Source of the DNA: Myxococcota bacterium
Lineage (GTDB): Bacteria; Myxococcota_A; UBA9160; JAFDDA01
Assembly: GCA_965228475.1 (NCBI GenBank)
Contig: OZ245817.1
Location: 1,472,001 to 1,536,000 of the forward strand
Reading direction: 5' to 3'
Length of the DNA: 64,000 nucleotides
Position numbers and translations under genes: made by a program. The stretch's first letter is position 1. Every line of letters begins with the position of its first letter. Positions 1 through 9,291 of this stretch are shown here, piece after piece. The notes below the pieces were generated by a model. The model was not told where the DNA came from. It was given only the letters and a program-made list of their open reading frames with translations, and ran no database searches.

Positions 1-1
1 C

Positions 2-1702
2 CGGATCTTCCTCGGGACGGCCACGGGCGTCGGCAACCCCGTGATCTACGCCGGCAGCAAGACCGGGCGCGACGGCATCCACGGGGCGAGCCTGCTCGCG
101 AGCGCGGAGTTCGGCGACGAGAGCGAGCAGATGCGCCCGACCGTGCAGGTCGGCGACCCGTTCACGGAGAACTGCCTGATCGAGGCCTGCCTCGAGCTCA
201 TGCAGACCGATCACATCGTCGGCATCCAGGACATGGGCGCCGCGGGCCTCACGTGCTCGTCCTTCGAGATGGCGAGCCGCGCGGGCACCGGCATCGAGAT
301 GGACCTCGACCGCGTGCCCCAGCGCGCCGCGGACATGACGCCCTACGAACTCCTGCTCTCGGAGAGCCAGGAGCGCATGCTGATGGTGGCCCGCGACGGC
401 CACGAAGACGCCGTCTGCGAGATCTTCGAGCGCTGGGGCCTCGACGCCGTGGTGGTCGGCCGGGTGACCGGCGACGGCCGCATGAAGATCCGCTGGCACG
501 GCGACGCCGTGGTCGACATTCCGGTCGACCCGGTCGCGGCGGCTTCGCCGGAGCTCGATCGGCCGACCCAGGTGCCGGCGGACCTCTCCGAGCGCCAGAA
601 GCTCGACCTGGCGGCCGTCGCGCCGGAGGCCGATCTCGAAGGGGCGCTGCTCGCCCTGCTCGACTCGCCGAATCTCTGCTCGAAATCCTGGGTGTACCGG
701 CAGTACGATCAGCTCGTGCAAGGCAACACCCTGGTCGGCCCGGGGGGCGACGCCGCCCTCGTCCGCGTCCGCCGCGACGACGGCACCCCGACGGGCAAGG
801 CCGTGGCGATCGCTGCGGACTGCAACCCGCGCTGGTGCTGGCTCGACCCGTACCAGGGCACCGTCGCCGCCGTCGCCGAGAGCGCGCGCAACGTGGCGTG
901 CACCGGGGCGCGGCCGATGGCGCTCAGCAACTGCCTGAACTTCGGCAACCCCGAGAAGCCCGAGATCATGTGGGAGTTCGTGGAGGCGATCCGCGGCCTC
1001 GGCGACGCCGCGAAATCGCTCGGGACGCCCGTCGTCTCCGGGAACGTCTCGCTCTACAACGAGACCAAGGGCCGCGCGATCTTCCCGACGCCGACCATCG
1101 TGATGGTCGGCCTGCTCGACGACGAAGCCCGACACGCGGTGGCGCACTTCACCGCCGCGGACCGGACCGTGGTGCTGCTCGGGGAGACCCGCGAAGAGCT
1201 CGGCGGAAGCGCCTGGCTCTCGCTGCGCGCGGGGCAGGAAGCCGGCACGCCGCCGGCGGTGGATCTCGAGCACGAGAAGCGGCTCCACGCACTGCTCGCC
1301 GAGAAGGTCGCGGATGGGACGATCGAGACGGCCCACGACGTCTCCGACGGCGGCCTCGCCGTGGCGCTCGCCGAGTGCTGCTTCACCGGGGCGCCGGAGG
1401 GCGGCGCCGCCGACGGCGCGGGGGAGCCGATCGGCGCGAGCATCGAGCTCGAAGGCGGGATCCGCCCGGACGCGCTGCTCTTCGGCGAATCGACGGGGCG
1501 CGTGGTCACCGCCACCGCGAACCCCGAAGCCCTGCTCGAAGCGGCCCGGGCCGTCGGCGTCCCCGCGGCCGTCATCGGCCGCACCGGCGGCGACCGGCTC
1601 CGCATCGGCGCACCGGGCGAAGAGGCCTGGATCGATCAGTCCGTCGCAGCCCTGCGCGAAACCTGGCAACGAGCGCTTCCGCGGCGCATGGAGAGCGCAT
1701 GA
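2..1702 (+). CDS. purL: Phosphoribosylformylglycinamidine synthase subunit PurL (5' end outside the window)
   Basis: Motifs GRDGIHGAS, VQVGDPF, IQDMGAAG, LLSESQERM, NCLNFGNP and GNVSLYNET. The frame is open back to the window start. Confidence 0.97.
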   Translation, partial: RIFLGTATGVGNPVIYAGSKTGRDGIHGASLLASAEFGDESEQMRPTVQVGDPFTENCLIEACLELMQTDHIVGIQDMGAAGLTCSSFEMASRAGTGIEMDLDRVPQRAADMTPYELLLSESQERMLMVARDGHEDAVCEIFERWGLDAVVVGRVTGDGRMKIRWHGDAVVDIPVDPVAAASPELDRPTQVPADLSERQKLDLAAVAPEADLEGALLALLDSPNLCSKSWVYRQYDQLVQGNTLVGPGGDAALVRVRRDDGTPTGKAVAIAADCNPRWCWLDPYQGTVAAVAESARNVACTGARPMALSNCLNFGNPEKPEIMWEFVEAIRGLGDAAKSLGTPVVSGNVSLYNETKGRAIFPTPTIVMVGLLDDEARHAVAHFTAADRTVVLLGETREELGGSAWLSLRAGQEAGTPPAVDLEHEKRLHALLAEKVADGTIETAHDVSDGGLAVALAECCFTGAPEGGAADGAGEPIGASIELEGGIRPDALLFGESTGRVVTATANPEALLEAARAVGVPAAVIGRTGGDRLRIGAPGEEAWIDQSVAALRETWQRALPRRMESA

Positions 1703-3204
1703 AACCGTGCGATCGAGGCCCGTGCCCGGCCACCCCGCTCGACGGGCCGGAGCTCGCCGAGCTCCTGGCCGAGCGGGAGCGCGACCACTTCCACGACGAG
1801 TGCGGCGTGTTCGGCGTCCAGGGGCACCCGGAAGCCGCGAACATTACCTACCTCGGCCTCTACGCCCTCCAGCACCGCGGCCAGGAGAGCTGCGGCATCA
1901 CGAGCAGCAACGGCGGCGAGCACTATGCGCACCGGGCCATGGGCCTGGTCGCCGACGTCTTCAGCGAGCCCACCCTGCGCCGGCTCCCGGGCCGCGCCGC
2001 GATCGGCCACGTGCGCTACTCGACGGCAGGCGGCAGCATGCTGCGCAACGCGCAGCCCTTCTGCGCCACGACGGACGGCGGCCCGGTCGCGATCGCCCAC
2101 AACGGGAACCTCGTCAACGCGAACGCGATCCGCGCCGAGCTCGAGGGCCGCGGAACGATCTTCAGCACCACCGCCGACAGCGAGGTGATCGTCCACCTGC
2201 TCGCGCGTTCCCGGGAGGAGACGCTCGAAGAGCGGCTGATCGACGCGCTCTCGCGGGTGAAGGGCGCCTTCAGCCTCGTGCTGCTGACCAAGGACGCGGT
2301 CATCGCCGCCCGCGACCCCTACGGATTCCGCCCGCTCTCCCTCGCGCGCCTCGACGGCGGCTGGGTCGTGGCGAGCGAGACCTGTGCCCTCGACCTGATC
2401 GGCGCCACCTACGAGCGCGACGTCGAGCCCGGCGAGGTCGTGGTCATCCGCCGCGGGCGCCTGCGCACCCTGCGGCCCTTCGCCCCGGCGCCGATGCAGT
2501 CCTTCTGCATCTTCGAGCACATCTACTTCGCGCGTCCGGACTCGAACCTCTCGCGCCAGAACGTCTACGCCTTCCGCAAGGAACTCGGACGCGCCCTGGC
2601 ACGCGAGCACCCGGTCGAGGCGGACATGGTCGTGCCGGTGCTCGACTCCGGGAACGCGGCGGCACTCGGCTATGCCGAGGAGTCCGGCATCCCCTACGAG
2701 ATGGCGATGATCCGCAACCACTACGTGCGGCGGACCTTCATCGAGCCGGCCCAGGCGATCCGCCACTTCGGCGTCAAGGTGAAGCACAACGCGGTCTCCG
2801 AGTTCGTGCGCAACAAGCGCGTCGTGCTCGTGGAAGACTCGATCGTGCGCGGGACGACGCTCCTCAAGCTCGTCTCGATGCTGCGCAACGCCGGCGCTCG
2901 CGAGGTGCACGTGCGGGTGTCCTCGCCGCCGACGATCGGCCCGTGCCACTACGGGATCGACACGCCGACGCGGGAGGAGCTGATCGCCCATCAGCACTCC
3001 GAGGAGGAGATCCGCAAGCTGATCGGCGCGGACGGCCTCGGGTTCCTCTCCATCGACGCCCTGCGCAAGTCGAGCGCCGTCTTGAAGCACGGCATCTGCG
3101 ACGCCTGCTTCTCGGACGAGTACCCCGTGGCCATCCAGGACGACGCCACGCGGCCCCAGCTCTCGCTCTTCCGCACCGTCGGAGAGGAAGGCGACCCGAA
3201 GTGA
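1699..3204 (+). CDS. purF: Amidophosphoribosyltransferase
   Basis: ATGA overlap with the purL stop. Propeptide followed by the catalytic Cys (DECGVFG), LQHRGQE, GHVRYST and the PRPP loop VEDSIVRGTT; Fe-S Cys ligands present. The long 5' extension in the ORF track is not real. Confidence 0.97.
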   Translation: MKPCDRGPCPATPLDGPELAELLAERERDHFHDECGVFGVQGHPEAANITYLGLYALQHRGQESCGITSSNGGEHYAHRAMGLVADVFSEPTLRRLPGRAAIGHVRYSTAGGSMLRNAQPFCATTDGGPVAIAHNGNLVNANAIRAELEGRGTIFSTTADSEVIVHLLARSREETLEERLIDALSRVKGAFSLVLLTKDAVIAARDPYGFRPLSLARLDGGWVVASETCALDLIGATYERDVEPGEVVVIRRGRLRTLRPFAPAPMQSFCIFEHIYFARPDSNLSRQNVYAFRKELGRALAREHPVEADMVVPVLDSGNAAALGYAEESGIPYEMAMIRNHYVRRTFIEPAQAIRHFGVKVKHNAVSEFVRNKRVVLVEDSIVRGTTLLKLVSMLRNAGAREVHVRVSSPPTIGPCHYGIDTPTREELIAHQHSEEEIRKLIGADGLGFLSIDALRKSSAVLKHGICDACFSDEYPVAIQDDATRPQLSLFRTVGEEGDPK

Positions 3205-4580
3205 AGGGGCGTCTCGAGCCCCAGGCCCTCGAACAGGCGGTCCGCGACGGCAGCGTCGAGACGGTGGTCACTGCCTTCCCGGACCTCTACGGGCGCCTCG
3301 TCGGGAAGCGCATCCACGCCCCGTTCTACCTGGAGGAGATCGCCGGTTCGGGCATGCACGCCTGCGACTACCTCCTGGCCTGCGACATGGAGATGGACCC
3401 GACGCCGGGCTACGCCTTCACGAGCTGGGAGACCGGCTACGGCGACTTCCACGCCGTCCCCGACGCGGGGACCCTGCGGGAGGCCGCCTGGCTCGAGAAG
3501 TCGGCGATCGTCCTGTGCGATCTGCTCGACGAAGACACGGGCGCGCCCGTCGAGGTGGCGCCGCGGCGCATCCTCGCCCGCCAGCTCGAGCGGCTCGCCG
3601 AGCACGGCTTCAAGGCGATGATGGGCAGCGAGCTCGAGTTCTACCTCTTCCGCGAGAGCTACGCCGAGGCGCGTCGCAAGGGCTTCGCCGAGCTCGCCAC
3701 CGCCGTCGACTACATCGAGGACTACCACGTTCTCTCGGGCAACTACGTCGAGGACGTGATCGGCGACATCCGGCGCGAGGTGCACGCCTCGGCGATCGGC
3801 GTCGAGTTCAGCAAGGGCGAGTGGGGCCCGGGGCAGCACGAGATCAACCTGCGCTACGCCGAAGCGAAGGAGATGGCCGACCGCCACGTGCTCTACAAGC
3901 TCGCGGCCAAGGACATCGCCACCCGCCACGGCTGCTCGCTGACCTTCATGGCGAAGCTCGACGCCGCGCTCGCCGGCAACAGCCTCCACGTCCACACGAG
4001 CCTCGTCGATGCCGACGGCCAGTCGGTCTTCGCCGGCGAGGAAGCCCTGCCGGGAACGCCGGTGAAGAGTTCGCCGCGCTTCCGCCACTGGCTCGGCGGC
4101 CTGCTGACCCACGCGAGGGAGCTCGGCTGGTTCTTCGCGCCGAACGTGAACTCCTACAAGCGCTACCAGGCGGGGACCTTCGCTCCGACGGGGATCGCCT
4201 GGAGCTTCGACAACCGCACGGCGGGCTTCCGCGTGGTCGGCCACGGGCCGTCGCTCCGGGTCGAATGCCGCATCCCGGGCGGCGACGCGAACCCGTACCT
4301 GGCCTACGCGGCGCTGCTCGCCGCCGGGCTCGACGGCCTCGAGCGCGAGCTCGACCCGGGCGAGGCCTTCGAGGGCGACGTCTACGGCGCGGAAGGCCTT
4401 CCCCAGGTGCCGCGCACCCTCGGCGCCGCGGTAGCGGCCCTCGAAGAGAGCGCGTTCGCGCGCAGCGCCTTCGGCGACGAGGTCGTCGACCACCTGCTGC
4501 ACTTCGCGCGCACCGAGCTCGCCTCCTTCGAGGGCACCGTCACCGACTGGGAGCGCAACCGCTTCTTCGAGCGTGGCTAG
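3201..4580 (+). CDS. Glutamine synthetase-family protein (gamma-glutamyl-amine ligase, PuuA/GlnA4-like)
   Basis: GTG overlaps the purF stop. Motifs DLYGRLVGKR, ELEFYLF, GQHEIN, GNSLHVH, NSYKRY, DNRT and RVECRIPGGDANPYL. Confidence 0.9.
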   Translation: MKGRLEPQALEQAVRDGSVETVVTAFPDLYGRLVGKRIHAPFYLEEIAGSGMHACDYLLACDMEMDPTPGYAFTSWETGYGDFHAVPDAGTLREAAWLEKSAIVLCDLLDEDTGAPVEVAPRRILARQLERLAEHGFKAMMGSELEFYLFRESYAEARRKGFAELATAVDYIEDYHVLSGNYVEDVIGDIRREVHASAIGVEFSKGEWGPGQHEINLRYAEAKEMADRHVLYKLAAKDIATRHGCSLTFMAKLDAALAGNSLHVHTSLVDADGQSVFAGEEALPGTPVKSSPRFRHWLGGLLTHARELGWFFAPNVNSYKRYQAGTFAPTGIAWSFDNRTAGFRVVGHGPSLRVECRIPGGDANPYLAYAALLAAGLDGLERELDPGEAFEGDVYGAEGLPQVPRTLGAAVAALEESAFARSAFGDEVVDHLLHFARTELASFEGTVTDWERNRFFERG

Positions 4581-5316
4581 GAATGCCGCCGCCTCGGCTC
4601 CGGTGATCGTCGGGATCACGGCCTACGGGCGGGAGAGCGGGCCGCGCGGCGAGCACTTCACCCTGCCCACCGCCTACGTCGACGCCGTCCGCGCCGCGGG
4701 CGGTCTGCCCGTGCTGCTGCCGCCGGCGGAGGGCCCCGTCGAGGCGGTCCTCGCGGGCGTCGACGCCCTGGTCTTCGCGGGCGGAGGCGACATCGCGCCG
4801 CAGCACAGCGGCGGCGACCACGAGACCAACTACAGCGTCGACGACGAACGCGATGCCTTCGAGCTCGCGCTGATGGGCGCGGCCGTCGAGGCCGAGGTGC
4901 CGACCCTCGCCATCTGCCGTGGCCTTCAGATCCTGAACGTCGCGCGGGGCGGAACGCTGCACGGCCACCTGCCCGACGTCTTCGGCGACGATGTCGACCA
5001 CCGCGTGCCACCCCTCGACCCGGTCGAGCACCCGGTGACGCTCGAGGGCGGGTCGGTGCTCGAAAAGAGCTTCGCGGCGGGGCTGCTCGACATCGCCTCC
5101 TGGCACCACCAGGCGGTGGACCGCCTCGGCCGGGACCTGCGCGCCGTGGCCTTCGCCTCGGACGGCGTGGTCGAGGCCCTGGAGCTTCCGGGCGCGCCCT
5201 GGCTCACCGCCGTCCAGTGGCATCCGGAGCTCCAGCAGGAGCCCGGCTCGCCCCAGGCGCGCCTCTTCGCGGAGCTCGTCGACTGGGGGAAACGCCGGAG
5301 AGGGCCTTCGCGCTAG
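4573..5316 (+). CDS. Gamma-glutamyl-gamma-aminobutyrate hydrolase family (peptidase C26, PuuD-like)
   Basis: Class I glutamine amidotransferase motifs GGGDI, AICRGLQILNVARGG, HHQAV and VQWHPE; overlaps the upstream ligase gene. Confidence 0.9.
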   Translation: MARNAAASAPVIVGITAYGRESGPRGEHFTLPTAYVDAVRAAGGLPVLLPPAEGPVEAVLAGVDALVFAGGGDIAPQHSGGDHETNYSVDDERDAFELALMGAAVEAEVPTLAICRGLQILNVARGGTLHGHLPDVFGDDVDHRVPPLDPVEHPVTLEGGSVLEKSFAAGLLDIASWHHQAVDRLGRDLRAVAFASDGVVEALELPGAPWLTAVQWHPELQQEPGSPQARLFAELVDWGKRRRGPSR

Positions 5317-5446
5317 CGCGGAGGGGCGGCAGGCGAGGGGCAACCCGCGCGCACCCGGCGGAACATTGTGGGGAATCTCCTTCAGCGGGCCGCGGGCGCC
5401 GGCCGATAGATCTCCTGGGCCACCCCCGAGCCCCCTGAGGTCCGAC

Positions 5447-6631
5447 ATGAACGCTCCCCTCCGCGTTTCGTACGAATCGCCGGAAGCGCTGAAAGAGCAA
5501 TTCGAAGCGGAGATCGCCATGGGCGGTCTCTTCATCCCCACGGTCACGAACCTCGGGTTCCGTGACAGCGTGCAGGTGGTCTTCGATCTGGAATTCTGCG
5601 ACGAGAAGGTCGAACTCGCGGCCGAGGTCGTCAGCGTGGTCGAACCCGAGCTCGCGGCCGGCGCCGGCGAGGCGGGGGTCGCGATCCAGTTCACCGACCC
5701 GCCGCCCGAGGTGAAGGACCGGCTCGGCCCGTTCTTCGGCGAGCGCAAGAAGCCCGAGCGCCGGCGCTCCCCGCGGCGCGTCGCGCGCGTCGGCATCCTG
5801 ATCCAGCGCGAGGACGGCTCCGAGCTGACGGGCCGCACGCGGAATCTCTCGCACTCGGGCGTCCTGCTCTCGATCGACGGCCCGCCCGTTCCGATCGGCG
5901 AGACCGTGCGCCTGACCCTCGAACACCCGACCTTCGAAGAGCGCCTCGACGTGCCCGCGCGCGTGATCCGCTACCTCGAGGTCGACGGGACCGTCACGGC
6001 CATGGCCTGCATGTTCGAGCCGGAGATGGACACCCACAAGGAAGTCGTCGAGTTCATCGAGGACGTCCAGACCTCCGAGCACGCCCGCCGGCTGCGCGGC
6101 GTGACGGGCGCCATCGGCGAGCTCGGCATCATCAACGTGATCCAGGTCTTCGGCGGCTGCACCCGCTCCGGGACGCTCACCGTGATGCGGGGCTACGAAG
6201 AGGGCCGCGTGATCTTCGAGGACGGCCTGCTGCGCGAGGTCCGGCTCGGTCCGGTCTCCGGCATGAAGGCCCTCACGCGCATCGTCGGCTGGCGGGACGG
6301 GAGCTTCGAGTTCCACACCCGCGTCGAGCCGAGCTTCAGTCAGTCCGACCCGGTGCCCCTCGAGGGGGCGCTGCTCGAGGCGACGCGGCAGCAGGACGAG
6401 ATCGACCGGCTCGGCACGTCCGAGTGGTCCGACAACACGACCTTCCGCGTCGTCGCCGAGCGCCTCGACGCCGAGCGCAGCAACCTCTCGAAGATCGAGG
6501 ACTCCGCCGCGGAGCTCGCTTCGGCGGGCATGACGCTCCGCCAGATGGTCGACGTGATCCCCGAATCCGACGTCGACGTCCACGAGGCGCTGCGAACCCT
6601 CGGCGACCTCGGCGTGATCGAGGCACAGTAG
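5447..6631 (+). CDS. Tandem PilZ-domain protein with C-terminal DUF4388 (PatA-N-like) domain
   Basis: First PilZ-like unit (GGLFIPT...GVAIQF). Second unit with c-di-GMP motifs ERRRSPR and NLSHSG. DUF4388-like segment GAIGELGIINVIQ...RSGTLTV...GRVIFEDG...WRDGSFEF. Confidence 0.8.
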   Translation: MNAPLRVSYESPEALKEQFEAEIAMGGLFIPTVTNLGFRDSVQVVFDLEFCDEKVELAAEVVSVVEPELAAGAGEAGVAIQFTDPPPEVKDRLGPFFGERKKPERRRSPRRVARVGILIQREDGSELTGRTRNLSHSGVLLSIDGPPVPIGETVRLTLEHPTFEERLDVPARVIRYLEVDGTVTAMACMFEPEMDTHKEVVEFIEDVQTSEHARRLRGVTGAIGELGIINVIQVFGGCTRSGTLTVMRGYEEGRVIFEDGLLREVRLGPVSGMKALTRIVGWRDGSFEFHTRVEPSFSQSDPVPLEGALLEATRQQDEIDRLGTSEWSDNTTFRVVAERLDAERSNLSKIEDSAAELASAGMTLRQMVDVIPESDVDVHEALRTLGDLGVIEAQ

Positions 6632-6673
6632 GCGGGCCAATCGCGCTAGGCTCCCGGGCCACCGGGAGGACAC

Positions 6674-7468
6674 GTGGCAGCGAGCCAGGGCGCAGGGCGC
6701 CTCACCGACAAGACCGCTTGGATCAGCGGCGCGGGCAGCGGCATCGGCCGCCAGGCCGCGCTGCTCTTTGCCGCCGAGGGCGCGCGCGTGCTGGTCGCGG
6801 ACCGCGACGGCGCCGCCGCCGAATCCGTCGCCGCGGAGATCGCGGGCGCCGGCGGAACCGCGCACGCCTTCGCCGTCGACGTCGCGAAGGCCGCGGAGGT
6901 CGAGGCTTCCGTCGCGGCGGCAGAGAAGGAACTCGGCGGGCTGCACGTCCTCTTCAACAACGCGGGGATCTTCCCGGGCGACGACGGCAACCCGGTCGAC
7001 ACGCCCGAGGACACCTGGGATCACGTGATGAACGTGAACCTGAAGGGCGTCTTCCTCGGCTGCAAGTTCGGCATCCCGGCGATGCTGCGCTCGGGCGGAG
7101 GCTCGATCATCAACACGGCCTCCTTCGTCGCGGTCATGGGCGCGGCGACTTCGCAGATCGCCTACACGGCGAGCAAGGGCGGCGTGCTCGCGATGACCCG
7201 CGAGATCGCCGTCGAGTACGCCCGCCAGGGGATCCGGGCCAACGCGCTCTGCCCGGGGCCGGTGAACACGCCGCTGCTCGAGGAGCTGCTTGCCGATCCG
7301 GCCGCGCGCGCGCGCCGCATGGTCCACGTGCCGATGGGGCGCCTGGCCGAGGCCCACGAGATCGCGCGGGCCGCGCTCTTCCTCGCGAGCGACGACGCCG
7401 CCTACGTGAACGGCACGACGTTCCTCGTCGACGGCGCGATCACGAGCGCCTACGTCACGCCGGAGTAA
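6674..7468 (+). CDS. Short-chain dehydrogenase/reductase
   Basis: SGAGSGIG, NNAG and YTASK motifs; GGAGG ribosome-binding site before the GTG. Confidence 0.92.
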   Translation: MAASQGAGRLTDKTAWISGAGSGIGRQAALLFAAEGARVLVADRDGAAAESVAAEIAGAGGTAHAFAVDVAKAAEVEASVAAAEKELGGLHVLFNNAGIFPGDDGNPVDTPEDTWDHVMNVNLKGVFLGCKFGIPAMLRSGGGSIINTASFVAVMGAATSQIAYTASKGGVLAMTREIAVEYARQGIRANALCPGPVNTPLLEELLADPAARARRMVHVPMGRLAEAHEIARAALFLASDDAAYVNGTTFLVDGAITSAYVTPE

Positions 7469-7472
7469 TCGC

Positions 7473-9275
7473 CTAGCGCGTCAGTTCGTCCACGAGCTCG
7501 AGGTTCAGGATCTCCCGCCGGGTGAGCGAGCCGCGCTCGAAGAAGCTCCGCACGTCGGGCTCGCCGTCGCCGTCGAGGTCCTCTTCGCGCTCGGTGACGT
7601 AGCCCTCGGCATCGAAGCGCTCGATGCGGTCGAGCCGCCCGTCGTCGTCGGTATCGCGCGCTTCGGAGGCCAGCACGCCGGCCTCGTAGCGGAAGAGCCG
7701 CTCGGGCTGCCCGTCGCCGTTCGGATCCACCTCGATGCGTTCGAGATCGCCGCTCGCCGCGAAGCGCAGGTGGAGGTCCGGGAAGCCGAGCCCGCGGCGG
7801 TCTTCCCAGCGATCCCGGCGCGCCCCGTCCGCGTAGCCTTCCCAGCGGTCCGGAGTGCCGTCGCCGTCGGTGTCCTCTTCGCGCAGGAGCGGCGCGGGGT
7901 TGCCGCGGGAGAACCAGTAGCGGCCGAGGGGCCGTCCGTCGGGGGCGAAGTAGGCGCGGACCTCGTGGGGGCCTTCGGCGAGGCCGGCCGCGAGCTTCGG
8001 TCCCGGGCCGGTGGGCGCCTCGACCGGAATCGCGCGCAGGTGTTCGAGGGCCTCGGGCGCCGGTGCACGCTCCGCGGCGTCGAGCACGACCAGGGCGGCG
8101 AGGAGCTGATCGCGCCGCTCGCGCTGCTCGTCGAGCAGGCGCTCCGTGGCGTTGCGCTGGGCCGCGGTGAGCTGGGGCTCGAGCTCGCCCGACTCCGCGA
8201 AGCCCTCGTCGTCGCCGCCGAGTTCCCGGGCCATCTGGAGCGTGAGCTCGGCCTCGTTCACGTAGGCGCGGACGTTCACGTCGTCGGGGTCGATGGCGGC
8301 CGCCTGACGGAAGGCTTCGAGGGATTCACGCACGCGCCCCGTGGCGAGGCGTGCCCGGCCGCGCTCGAGATGCTCGGCGATCCGGTTCGAGAGACCCGGA
8401 AAGAGTTCGCGCACCGTGCGCGCCGGCCAGACGGCGCCCGGCTCCCCCGGCGCCGCGAGGGCCGCGGCGACGGCTTCCCTGGCGAGCACCGCCTCGAGCG
8501 CCCGCCCGATCGGCAGGCTGATGCAGTGCCGCTTGGGCGGGATCAGCTCGACCTGGCGGAGCGTCTCCGGCGGCGCGAGGGCGTCGCCCGGTGTGGCGAC
8601 GGCGAAGCGCAGCCAGGCGACGGAGAAGGGGCCGTCCTTTTCGGAATCGCCGCAGAAGGCGCGGTCGATCCGCAGGGAGAGCACGGCGCGCGGGGCCAGG
8701 CGCGCGAGGAGCTCCTGCACCTCGGCCATGTCCTCCGGATCCGCGGGGAGGACGGCGGAGTCCGGGAGCCGGGTGCGCAGGCGGCGGATCAGGTTCGTCA
8801 CGGCCTCGCCGCCGGGCCAGCCGCCGGCCACCCGCGGCGGGCGGCCCGGTTCGAAGGCCGGAGCCGGCAGCACCACCAGGATGCCCTGGCCGCCGTCGCC
8901 GAGCGGCTCGTCGGGCGGAAGGGGAGGCGGCGGGTCGAGGGCGTCGGCCCGGGCGCGTGCGCGCTCGGCGGCGTTCAGGCGGCCGAGCTCTTCGAGCACC
9001 ACGGCCTGGATGCGGTGCCCGCGGGCGTGGTCGGGGGCCGTCGCGAGGGCGGCGTCGAGGGCGTGCAGGGCGGACTCGAGCCGGCCCTGGGAGCGGAAGG
9101 AGAGCGCCATCTGGATCTGGTGGCGCGCGAAGCGCTCGCGGTCGGCGTCGTCGGGGCCTCCGCCGGGCCGGCCGGGGGTGAGCACCGGGGCGCAGCCGAG
9201 GGCAAAGGCGGCGAGGCAACCCGCGGCAGCCCGGGCCGTCCATCGCCTCGCCGCAGCACGCCCGGCTTCCGTCAT
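7473..9275 (-). CDS. TPR-containing lipoprotein with C-terminal DxDxDG beta-hairpin repeats
   Basis: Lipobox-like FALGC, two TPR-like helical segments, and repeats EEDTDGDGTPD, VDPNGDGQPE, RDTDDDGRLD and EEDLDGDGEPD. Confidence 0.7.
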   Translation of the reverse strand: MTEAGRAAARRWTARAAAGCLAAFALGCAPVLTPGRPGGGPDDADRERFARHQIQMALSFRSQGRLESALHALDAALATAPDHARGHRIQAVVLEELGRLNAAERARARADALDPPPPLPPDEPLGDGGQGILVVLPAPAFEPGRPPRVAGGWPGGEAVTNLIRRLRTRLPDSAVLPADPEDMAEVQELLARLAPRAVLSLRIDRAFCGDSEKDGPFSVAWLRFAVATPGDALAPPETLRQVELIPPKRHCISLPIGRALEAVLAREAVAAALAAPGEPGAVWPARTVRELFPGLSNRIAEHLERGRARLATGRVRESLEAFRQAAAIDPDDVNVRAYVNEAELTLQMARELGGDDEGFAESGELEPQLTAAQRNATERLLDEQRERRDQLLAALVVLDAAERAPAPEALEHLRAIPVEAPTGPGPKLAAGLAEGPHEVRAYFAPDGRPLGRYWFSRGNPAPLLREEDTDGDGTPDRWEGYADGARRDRWEDRRGLGFPDLHLRFAASGDLERIEVDPNGDGQPERLFRYEAGVLASEARDTDDDGRLDRIERFDAEGYVTEREEDLDGDGEPDVRSFFERGSLTRREILNLELVDELTR

Positions 9276-9291
9276 CGGCGCCCCGCTCCCA

